In this document: positions 51,272 through 55,652 of the stretch, piece after piece
How the letters are laid out: each line of letters opens with the position of its first letter
Position numbering within the stretch: the stretch's first letter is position 1
From: Eledone cirrhosa
Taxonomy: Eukaryota
Assembly (NCBI GenBank): GCA_964016885.1
Contig: OZ024742.1
Coordinates: 261,082,001 to 261,146,000, forward strand
Length of the DNA: 64,000 bases
Direction: 5' to 3'
The notes under the pieces: generated by a model
What the model saw: only the letters and a program-made list of their open reading frames with translations
Told to the model about the DNA's origin: nothing
The model's database searches: none
Position numbers and translations under genes: made by a program

Positions 51272-54200
51272 TTTTCAATTGGTTTATATTCTATTTACTT
51301 CATGTCTTCTTTGTTTCATGTTTCTTCTTCTCAGGATTGAGCCTTCAAAGAGTTGTGGTCCATTCCGTGTTTACAGTGAAAATGATTTTTCCATGTTTAC
51401 CGCACTATCAAACCTTGTCAACAGCTGGCCAAAAATCATTGCCGATATTATGAATCTCATATTTACATCAGCCATCATGATACCAATGCTTATCATCATA
51501 TGGTTAGTATCTCAACATGCATATATGTTGTTCTTATTTAGGTTTTGGTTTAGTCTCATATCCACCTGAATCCAGAAAAATCTCAGATCAAAGACATTTC
51601 ATGTTTCTTTGTTTTTTTTCCCCGACAGTATATTTAGGACTATCCTTCAGGTTTTTAAAAGATTGACATTTGATTTGACAATATTTATCTGATATTACTT
51701 GCAGGTTGAGGTTCCTTTATTGAGCACTGTGTGTATATATTGATTTATGTTTGTGTGTGTGTGTATATCATCATCATCATTCGTTGTGCTCATAGTTTTT
51801 GGCAATAGTATATATACTGGTTGGATGCTCTTCCTAACACCAGCACCACTTTACAGCATGGACTGGGTGCTTTTATTCGTGCCACCAGTACTAGAGAGGT
51901 TGTCTTATTGGATTCAGGAGCCCTCTTTACCCCTCCATTTTACAGCATGGACTAAGTGCTTTTATTCGTGCCACCAGCACCAGAGAGGTCGTCTTTCTGA
52001 ACTCAGGGGCCCTATCCACCCCTCCATTTTACAGCATTTTAAGTGTATATATATATATATACTAGACCTGAAAAATGCGCAAGCTCAAAAGAGCCACAGA
52101 ATGTTATAATAAACCTTCAAAAGTGTGGGACTAGAGTTGTTGCTCAAAAATATTGTAATCATTATCTATCGTACAATCTGTGGCATCCTTTTATAAAAAA
52201 GAGACTTATAACGAACTCAAGACGACACGATAATTATTTAAGCTAATGTTCAATATCTCATATTAGATGTTTAGTAATGATTAATACGAAATGCACTTAA
52301 ACCGAATTCTATATTAATAATATACTTAAATAATTATCGTGTCGTCTTGAGTTCGTTATGAGTCTCTTTTTTATAAAAGGATGCCACAGATTGTACGATA
52401 GATAATGATTACAATATTTTTGAGCAACAACTCTAGTCCCACACTTTTGAAGGTTTATTATAACATTCTGTGGCTCTTTTGAGCTTGCGCATTTTTCAGG
52501 TCTAGTTTAATATTTTTTTAAGGCAACGCTTGTAATAACTCTAGTTAAACATGATATATATTAATAATAAATTATTGTTGTAATGTAATTAGATAATATA
52601 ATTGTTATTTTATAAATGATCTTATAAATATTATTGTAAGATGTATAAAAATATTTTCAGACTTTTAATAGTTAATATAAATTAAAAAAATCATATATAA
52701 ATTAACAATATAACTTACCAAAAAATATTTTGATGATAAACGACGAAATACTACTGGAAGAAGATTCAAAAGCGAAACGATAAATAAACGTGCAAACAAA
52801 GTGGCGGATGCTTTTGAGCAACAATTACTCTCATTGGTTGATTAACCAATAAGACGATACATTACAAAAGATGTTTGGGAGGGATCACCACGGCCAGCAA
52901 TACCCCTTGAATTTTTTATTCACAAGCTACGCATGTATGTCAGACACGCAGACTTAAAACTTTCTGTTGTTAGTCACTGCGTGCCTAACAGATACACTAA
53001 TGAATGCATATTTGTATGTGGGTATGTGCATATATAAGTATTTATATAAGGAGAAATAGCAGTGGATGAGCTTTTGCTATATCTTCTTATGAGGCTTACT
53101 CAACATGGCCTCAATTCATCTAGCTCTTAGAAATAGTTACCAGATCAATATAGTTCAGTCTCAGACAAGAGACCAATAATCAGTCCACCTAGTTATTAAT
53201 AATAGATACCAGATCAATGTGGTTCAGTACTACATCACAAATCACCAATCAGTCCACCTAGTTATTAATAATAGATACCAGATCAATGTGGTTCAGTACT
53301 ACATCACAAATCACCAATCAGTCCACCTAGTTATTAATAATAGATACCAGATCAATGTGGTTCAGTACTACATCACAAATCACCAATCAGTCCACTTAGT
53401 TATTAATAATAAGTACTAGATCAACATAGTTTAACTTTAAACTGCAAACTATCATTCATGTTTGTTTTGTCATTAGATCTATACTCAGTTTATGATTATA
53501 AGAGTGTGTAGGGGTTGGTGTTTTTATTTGTATGTACACAGCAGCGTGTGTGTGATGGTTGGAGTATTTGTGTGTATGTACACAGCAAAGCATGTGTGAT
53601 GGTGTATTTGTGTGTACACAGCAGAGAGAGTGTGATGGTTGGTGTATTTGGTTGTCTATACAGTAGAGTGTGTGATGGTTGTGTCTACACAGCAGCCCAT
53701 TCTATGTTAAAGATGTCTTGCCTAGAACACCATTAGTGGGTGAATACCTTCGAGTATGATAATGAGTTTATATATATAAGGTTTTTAGGAGTGCATTAAT
53801 GTATGATTATATATACATATATATATACAGTCCTATGTGAGCAAGACAACCACTCTTGTCTCAAGTGGGAAAACTCCCGTCCAAACTCATGCAAGTGTGG
53901 AATATGGACGTTAAACGATGATGATGATGATATATATATATATTTGTGTGTGTGTGTGTGTGTGGTGTGTGTGTGTGAATGCAGTGTGGCCAAATAGTTA
54001 AGAAATTTGCTTCACAATCATAAGGTTTTCATGCCACTATGTGGCATCTTAATCAATTGTCATTTACCATTGCCTCAAGTCAACCCAAGCCTTGTGATTG
54101 AAATTGGGTTGACAGTGACTATTTGGCAACCTGTCTCATGGGCTGTACGTGTAATTCATAGGACCAGCCTGGTCACACACTGTGTTATGCTGAATCTTTC

Positions 54201-54828
54201 TGAGAATTACATTTCTTGCTGGGAAGGTATGCGTGTGTGTGTTTGCATTTATGTATGTATTTGTGTATGTATGTGTGAATATATGTGTCAATAGAGGGTA
54301 AAGCAAAAATGTCTGGATGGGGAACTCTACATGAAGTGAATACTTACAATTAGAGTCATGCTCTCTGAAAATGGTGATTGGGGAGAAAAAATTCCAATCA
54401 ACCAAGACAATCTTCATAATTTTAAGACAAAAACTCCTTTTAGGAGTGTTTGGGTAATGAATAGCAAGTAAGGCATATAATTTCTTGGCTGATTCAATTA
54501 TTTTGGAACAATTTAAGACAATGTAGTGGAAATGAACTTTGTCTATAGGCTAACTTAGTAAAAGCAAAGGAAATGTTTTAATTTTAGTTCTCCTCAGTGA
54601 AGCATATTGAATATGAATATATTTATTTATATAGACTATACATCCTCTACCTAATCCATAATTCTGTACTCTTTATTTGCTACCAAAGTCACCAAATGCT
54701 AAAATAATGGCTGTTTCTCTCTGTCTCTCTCTCTTTTTTTTTTTCACAGTTTCTTCATATATTATAATTTTATTGTCGTAAAGGGCTGCATAAGGATGGA
54801 AGAACTCCTGAGGGAGCAGTTGGTTTTG
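101..54828 (+). CDS. TMC7: Multi-exon transmembrane channel-like gene (TMC7-like), 15 coding exons seen, 3' end outside window
   Basis: 15 exons with canonical AG/GT sites join in phase into a 757-aa stop-free frame with TMC motifs: WxxxIKxIxGxYGxG..FFxFLRWL, GFMENTVLFYG, MSLAY, VFASWDFCI, CWETYVGQQFFKL, EFELPQNVLDIVYxQ, FFSPL..FYVKK, RPFRSS, PSKSCGPF. The family call is solid; the TMC7 paralog call rests on remembered similarity to TMC7. Confidence 0.92.
1202..1890 (-). mobile_element. CRE-clade non-LTR retrotransposon, 3' fragment (Zn knuckle plus restriction-like endonuclease)
   Basis: ORF 1202..1789 with CxC..D..GxHxLSC..GR..RH..LN, EP..L...KRPDG, LVWDATC, PLAVETSG, LFQRxSLAVxxGNA; GC-rich relative to the flanks. 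Confidence 0.85.
1891..2100 (+). mobile_element. Short CRE 3'-end remnant
   Basis: Translates to LAVFHGNAFAIISAGRS-stop, then AT-rich tail and (TA/TG)n. Confidence 0.5.
2117..5570 (-). mobile_element. RTE LINE family A, near full-length, frameshifted and partly deleted copy
   Basis: APE (ATLNVGTL, AGDFNGH), RT (FVDLEKAFD, GVHQGS, YADD), PHD finger and (GAT)n tail; collinear with the 13.6-16.8 kb copy; ~120-bp tandem duplication at 5136-5335. Confidence 0.95.
5950..8900 (-). mobile_element. Older degenerate RTE LINE
   Basis: Broken APE/RT fragments homologous to family A (IKLMNQVIKVTERVLAKLIRE); 5' UTR motif near 8830-8900. Confidence 0.85.
9620..10340 (+). mobile_element. CRE-clade LINE 3' fragment, degenerate
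   Basis: GLHPLSC, AGFPSQLEPAALDHRDGKCPDG, LIWDASC, then GSAF; 3' UTR repeated at ~8950-9070. Confidence 0.8.
10354..10543 (-). mobile_element. tRNA-derived Nin-domain SINE (octopus OR-like)
   Basis: Minus strand shows B box GAGTTCAAATCCC, Nin core GCCTTTCATCCTTACGGGGTCGATAAA and tail GTAGAAACAATTAT. Confidence 0.85.
10697..11607 (-). mobile_element. Non-autonomous Helitron carrying a Pif1-helicase C-terminal remnant
   Basis: 5' TCTATATCTATATATAAT, 3' hairpin CCCAGGCGAAGCTGGG then CTAG, A|T target with no TSD; ORF 10914..11222 has RLQFPIKASFAMTINK..GQLYV. Confidence 0.9.
12140..12485 (-). mobile_element. Degenerate RTE 3' fragment
   Basis: Remnant of the MLHSSET..RNV..RRLxWxG..WDEVVK region. 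Confidence 0.6.
13487..13563. repeat. (TA)n microsatellite followed by poly-T
   Basis: Seen directly. Confidence 0.95.
13563..16840 (+). mobile_element. RTE LINE family A, nearly intact, sense to the host gene
   Basis: 5' UTR with GTTAGGAAGGGCATCC motif, single long ORF, 3' stem-loop GCAAGCAGGGAAAAGCGGACGTAAA plus (GAT)n. Confidence 0.97.
13832..16822 (+). CDS. RTE polyprotein: AP endonuclease, reverse transcriptase with internal PHD finger (996 aa; ancestral start probably ATG 13757, interrupted by TAG 13829-13831)
   Basis: QEVRW, SVYAPQ, AGDFNGH, SQIDF, PQHRLV; NYRGIKL, QFGF, FVDLEKAFD, GVHQGSVLSP, YADD, GLRVN..KTK, FWYLG, HGSETW, RRLRWYGH, RGRGRP..TW. Confidence 0.93.
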   Translation: MLERRQVDVCCVQEVRWRGASARLVVGKRLSYKLFWVGKDDGLGGVGIFLAEKWINKTIEVVRVSNRIIKLRLVVGRRLLTIISVYAPQAGLGKDEKDCFYEQLLQTTTMTEDGDIVMLAGDFNGHVGQLQDGYTGVHGGHGYGSRNEEGVRLLEFCDASTLTICNTNFQKPANHLITYKSGEHISQIDFLLVRQRDRQIVSNTKAYPGEECTPQHRLVVSDISVSKRWNETYRKVWRRKVWKLKDLSLKFKFRKALQDVYDEKEDDLETYDIDNNWKFLRDNLLQATDETCGWSRAPTRQRVTWWWNSTVDKAIRDKRLAWKAWKKGGSREEYTATKREARRQVYLARREAESRRFANVLRQEDQRRAVFHIARQCVNANQDVVGDKCVRDDAGVLSVTNDQKKEAWKCHYERLMNVENEWEREKLPLIDPTEGPAIEIDEYRVQEAIREMKNGKAAGPSGIVAEMLKASGGVGTKLVARIINQAIYGGVIPKDWCSSILINCYKGKGDALERSNYRGIKLIDQVMKVAERILAQLIRERVKLDEMQFGFVPGKSTTDALFLVRQMQERFLEKNKPLYLAFVDLEKAFDKVPRSVIWWSLRKLGVEEWLVRTVQTLYRSTLSKVRVGMEFSEEFQIQVGVHQGSVLSPLLFIIVLQAITEEFKTGCPWELLYADDLALIAESVEELENKFRLWKQQLEARGLRVNLAKTKVLSRKEDKTLIPSGKWPCSICRKGTGINSIKCTQCRSWVHKRCSGIAGKLTGREKYVCSRCTGKLDSRSRTDRHIFQMREGAIEVVDSFWYLGDQISMGGGCSEAIVSRIRTGWKKFRELLPLLTKKGFSLRTKGRLYDACVRSAMLHGSETWAATAEDMRRLERNEASMLRWMCSVNVRERPNINVLREKLCLRGIECSVRERRLRWYGHVMRMEDDRWVKKCQEMPVEGRRGRGRPQKTWAEVVRTDLRSLKLTVEMTRDRDEWRDAVLNKTRPTLASREKRT
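16907..16970 (+). CDS. TMC7: TMC7-like exon 2 (EYIEEEKKLSKLQSWKKEQKQ)
   Basis: tttcttttctttttag acceptor, CAG|GTAACT donor; phase 2 to 0 fits both neighbours. Confidence 0.8.
16991..18134 (+). mobile_element. TTAA-flanked MITE (piggyBac-type, family 2) interrupted by a Helitron
   Basis: TTAACCCTTT...AAAGGTTTAA ends; related copies at ~20200-20447(-), 22460-22693, 36937-37194, 44970-45212, 48400-48803. Confidence 0.75.
17094..17992 (+). mobile_element. Non-autonomous Helitron with internal 37-bp tandem repeat
   Basis: 5' TCTATATATATAAAA, 3' CCCGAGCAACGCCGGG hairpin then CTAG|T; A|T target; ~4.4 copies of GGCGTGCAGACAGACAGTCGTGCAGAGAGGTGATATA at 17524-17687. Confidence 0.9.
19128..19580 (+). 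mobile_element. CRE-clade LINE 3' fragment, degenerate
   Basis: TNPGTAA..E..K..KY..L...F.F.PFAVKTSG...LSVLCRNAF remnant, then AT-rich tail with AATAAA. Confidence 0.7.
20979..21170 (+). mobile_element. tRNA-derived Nin-domain SINE, full length
   Basis: A-box-like TGGCAGTATCGG, B box GAGTTCAAATCCC, Nin core, ATT tail; further copies at ~19770-19975, 27875-28085, 42585-42730, 49965-50152(-). Confidence 0.88.
21392..21473 (+). CDS. TMC7: TMC7-like exon 3 (KWNHFKADVRNSVKTWGLWSNSIKSIN-G)
   Basis: Pyrimidine tract and ctag acceptor, G|GTAAGT donor; TMC WxxxIKxIxG motif. Confidence 0.9.
22046..22250. mobile_element. TTAA-flanked MITE (family 3)
   Basis: Inverted termini TTAACTCTTAA...TTAAGAGTTAA; related pieces at ~27065-27270, 28470-28700, 40640-40714. 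Confidence 0.7.
22865..23370 (+). mobile_element. Tx1/L1-clade LINE 3' fragment
   Basis: Degenerate frame FVCLVAMAKEVI..T.LK...LINFFEFHL.RKIRVER...FIERW, T-rich 3' UTR; second 3' UTR copy at ~23770-23975. Confidence 0.6.
23990..24835 (-). mobile_element. R4/Dong-clade RLE LINE 3' fragment
   Basis: ETETLIFAAQEQAL, CRLC..ETINHII, RxDNIAxxVHW, KPDIV, EKxEKYQEL, VVPIVVGALG, LQKTALLGT; (ATT)n flanks. Confidence 0.85.
25206..25495 (+). CDS. TMC7: TMC7-like exon 4 (QYGNGMVAFFHFLRWLVTLN...KDALQGT)
   Basis: tctttgcag acceptor, ACT|GTATGT donor; first TM segment. Confidence 0.93.
25758..25985 (+). mobile_element. TTAA-flanked MITE (piggyBac-type, family 1)
   Basis: TTAACCCTTTAGCATTTA...TAAATGCTAAAAGGTTAA. 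Confidence 0.8.
26510..26739 (-). mobile_element. TTAA-flanked MITE family 1, opposite orientation
   Basis: Reverse complement of the 25758 copy; third copy at 40138-40365. Confidence 0.8.
28150..28295 (+). CDS. TMC7: TMC7-like exon 5 (GFMENTVLFYGSY...NMSLAYIL...AIVY)
   Basis: ttttgtccctcacag acceptor, AA|GTAAGT donor; LFYG and MxLAY motifs. Confidence 0.93.
28747..29500. repeat. 26-bp minisatellite, about 29 copies (GATAYATTGGTGACTAAATGGTTGTT)
   Basis: Direct head-to-tail tandem units with no unique spacers. Confidence 0.95.
29530..29878. repeat. 17-bp minisatellite (AGAGTATACATGTTAAC), about 20 copies
   Basis: Direct tandem units. Confidence 0.9.
30158..30485. mobile_element. TA-flanked MITE (Tc1/mariner-pogo type)
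   Basis: TACACTCGAGTCCCAAATAAT ... ATTATTTGAGACCTGAGAGTA imperfect TIRs. Confidence 0.6.
30690..31190. repeat. Imperfect direct repeat pair (~150 bp, period ~345 bp)
   Basis: AAACATTTTGAAAGCCTTCAGCTATGAATTTT..GGGTGGGTAACTGTTGAT at ~30740 and ~31083. Confidence 0.8.
31367..31514 (+). CDS. TMC7: TMC7-like exon 6 (IASGIKENL...KVFASWDFCI...QELR)
   Basis: ccag acceptor, CGG|GTAATT donor; VFxxWDFxI motif. Confidence 0.92.
32078..33130 (-). mobile_element. RTE LINE family B-like, 5'-truncated inside the PHD finger
   Basis: ORF 32414..33154 (NSILCPKCKQWVHKRC, FCYLG, HGSENW, RRLHWYGH), long 3' unit and (GAT)n tail. Confidence 0.9.
33175..33790. repeat. Degenerate C/T-rich tandem repeat (CTCACCTAGCTGTTCACCTCTCTCTACATCTCCAG-like)
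   Basis: Recurring cacctagctgttcac units running up to the exon 7 acceptor. Confidence 0.75.
33803..33964 (+). CDS. TMC7: TMC7-like exon 7 (ADLTSQRE...KLYTTRIFINILVLCIL...FLLS)
   Basis: ctcctccag acceptor, TCA|GTAAGT donor; RxxxNxLV TM motif. Confidence 0.92.
34010..34625. repeat. Degenerate (GGT/GAT/AGT)n low-complexity tract
   Basis: Seen directly; source of spurious V/G/T-rich ORFs. Confidence 0.85.
34768..36360 (-). mobile_element. Degenerate RTE LINE, 5'-truncated
   Basis: GIHQGSVLTPLLF, WELLCADY, PHD remnant, (GAT)n tail. Confidence 0.85.
37271..37434 (+). CDS. TMC7: TMC7-like exon 8 (LQKQ...EFLPSLIISFLNVFVPIIF...HEDY...LLR)
   Basis: tattttttag acceptor, AG|GTATGT donor; LPSxxIxxxNxxxP and EDY motifs. 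Confidence 0.93.
37985..38310 (+). mobile_element. tRNA-head SINE with CORE/V-type core
   Basis: TAGCTTAGTGGTT A box, GAGTTCGATTC B box, TGTGTCCTTGAGCAAGACACTT core; degenerate copies at ~40370-40610 and 45545-45750. Confidence 0.7.
38415..38562 (-). mobile_element. Octopus-type CORE SINE fragment
   Basis: CAGTTTCCGTCTACCAAATTC...GGCTATAGTAGAAACACTTG; also at ~20490-20590(+), 39893-40030(-), 49390-49470(-), 53983-54140(+). Confidence 0.65.
39212..39383. mobile_element. TA-flanked MITE (pogo/Tigger-like)
   Basis: TACCATATTTTCCGGC...GCTGGGAAATACGGTA TIRs with internal AAGACGC/GCGTCTT. Confidence 0.7.
39541..39655 (+). CDS. TMC7: TMC7-like exon 9 (ITLLRLASVAILLFSL...KKIK)
   Basis: ttttctatag acceptor, AAG|GTACGT donor; RLAS motif. 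Confidence 0.92.
40756..40853 (+). CDS. TMC7: TMC7-like exon 10 (CWETYVGQQFFKLIILDF...TLR), TMC signature
   Basis: tatttcag acceptor, AG|GTAAAA donor; CWETxVGQ family signature. Confidence 0.96.
41035..42560 (-). mobile_element. Two R4/Dong-clade LINE fragments (41035-41330 and 41730-42560)
   Basis: CHFCDKYPETINHIL; WLRSTGLKAKMEGFLIAVQD, CIICGDGEETIKHIVSGC, IVPVLIGAFG, LQKTCLFG. Confidence 0.8.
42740..44370 (-). mobile_element. R4/Dong-clade LINE fragment interrupted by a nested MITE and SINEs
   Basis: KAETEGLLVAAQDQSL..ETVDHVMSGC..ILWDMPV resumes as VITDRVIAANRPDI on the other side of the insertion. Confidence 0.85.
43113..43817. mobile_element. MITE with subterminal GGTAATTTGACTCC tandem arrays, containing a Nin-SINE and a partial tandem copy (43270-43600)
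   Basis: Inverted arrays at both ends; imperfect TSD ATCACA(GG)/ACCACA(GG). Confidence 0.7.
44378..44535 (-). mobile_element. Short RTE-related unit (GGAAGGGCATCC module plus RTE tail)
   Basis: Nearly identical to the 3' end of the family B copy at 59063-59220; related piece at 53820-53930(+). Confidence 0.8.
44749..44960 (-). mobile_element. DNA transposon coding remnant (possibly AcademX-type)
   Basis: LLPNKDSLVKHIMYADYQAG..L...PGIPSPNDMGW resembles the LPP..AL..H..RA.YQ..W...PSP...GW motif; superfamily assignment from memory. Confidence 0.45.
45305..45496 (+). CDS. TMC7: TMC7-like exon 11 (LLYNFF...GPQEFELPQNVLDIVYLQSLC-W)
   Basis: cctctctttag acceptor, TG|GTAAGT donor; EFxxxxNVLxIVYxQ motif. 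Confidence 0.94.
46350..46425 (+). CDS. TMC7: TMC7-like exon 12 (LGTFFSPLSPAIITVQFFIIFYVKK)
   Basis: ctattttag acceptor, AAG|GTGAGT donor; GxFFSPL and FYVKK motifs. Confidence 0.94.
46500..47830 (+). mobile_element. Degenerate, internally deleted RTE LINE (family C, (GTT)n tail)
   Basis: GGAAGGGCA 5' motif, IEKTKVM, GKCPCAVC..WVH PHD remnant, VYVACVRSAMIY, RWLSHVL. Confidence 0.75.
48911..49041 (+). CDS. TMC7: TMC7-like exon 13 (FTLSYNCVQAVRPFRSSKS...VIVS)
   Basis: atttttgcag acceptor, TC|GTAAGT donor; RPFRxS motif. Confidence 0.92.
49820..51230 (+). mobile_element. Penelope-like element remnant (Naiad-type GIY-YIG), with an inserted SINE
   Basis: Degenerate frame CLRNNVIYK..YIGATENNFK..HSF..LKWAIIIFAKPY....KCNLCLTE..I....LNSKNEIIPSYPHR (50160-50533), AT-rich 3' UTR ending in (TA)n; SINE TSD TTTGTYTTAGAAATAAT. 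Confidence 0.75.
51335..51502 (+). CDS. TMC7: TMC7-like exon 14 (IEPSKSCGPFR...MLIII)
   Basis: cttcttctcag acceptor, TG|GTTAGT donor; PSxxCGPF motif. Confidence 0.92.
51768..52040 (-). mobile_element. Non-autonomous RTE-A derivative: 5' UTR monomers joined directly to a (GAT)n tail
   Basis: Homologous to 5385-5570 and 13565-13720; 89-bp periodicity. Confidence 0.8.
52061..52506. repeat. Foldback: 182-bp inverted repeat arms with an 82-bp spacer
   Basis: 52061-52242 is the reverse complement of 52325-52506; I found one mismatch. Confidence 0.95.
53177..53423. repeat. 69-bp tandem repeat, about 3.5 copies
   Basis: AATCAGTCCACCTAGTTATTAATAATAGATACCAGATCAATG... units; appears as a 23-aa repeat in ORF 53219..53419. 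Confidence 0.9.
54750..54828 (+). CDS. TMC7: TMC7-like exon 15 (FFIYYNF...EELLREQLVL)
   Basis: ttttttcacag acceptor, TTG|GTAAGT donor; IYY...LxxQLxL; ends phase 0, so a further exon is needed. Confidence 0.88.
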
Positions 54829-55652
54829 GTAAGTTTTAGAGTCCCTTTTTCTACAAAATCAATTTTTATTTCTTCCAGACCTTTGTCCTATAAAATTGCC
54901 ACCCTTTGGAATTCTTTCTCTGAGAACATCTTTTCTGGAGTCTTCAATCTATAGAAGTTCAAATTAAGAAAAAACTGCATTTTTTTCCTTTTTACTTTTT
55001 GCGGGGAGGGATGGTAGTGCTTCTTTAAAACAAATATATTTTTGAGAAAAACAAGTTAGCATAGAGAATATGAAAAAAATATTTCTATATCAATATGATG
55101 GAGTACTAGGAGTGCTGTTAGGACATACAGCATGTTTTGGCTATTTAAACCTAACAGAGCTCATCCATCTTCAGGCTGGAACACAGCTGATTCTTCCAGA
55201 GAAAGAAAGAGATAGCAAAAAAATTGGACTGGTACTTTATTTAACAACCATGAAATGATGACCTTGGTGGGATTTGAATTCAGAGCAAGGAGCTGGAAAA
55301 CATTTAACATTCTAACAACTGTGCTAATTATAAAAAAACACAGTTGCACCAAGGTGTAGCGGCCTCCCTAGTGTATGATGATCTACTTGATAAATGCACC
55401 CAGTACATGCTGTAAAGTGGTTAGTTATAGGAAGGGCATTCAGCCATAGAAAGCTTGCTAAACAAAGGGTCTAGAGGACCCTCAGTTATGTCAAGGATAT
55501 GACAGCCTCCCTAGTGTTTGTTGTAAGTGGTGATGGTGGTTGAATTGTTGTTGCAGATGTGTCTGGTCACAAGATAAGAAGATTTCTATATCAGAAAAAT
55601 TTGTTATAATTATTTACATCAGGACGAGTACATTTAATACATGTATAATATA

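Noticed and set aside
53219-53419. Protein with 23-aa repeats
   Set aside because: Translation of a 69-bp tandem repeat; no splice or homology support
55557-55620. Terminal TMC exon after ttgcag at 55556
   Set aside because: Poor polypyrimidine tract; the required phase gives MCLVTR-stop, and the weakly similar SGHKIRRFL lies in another frame
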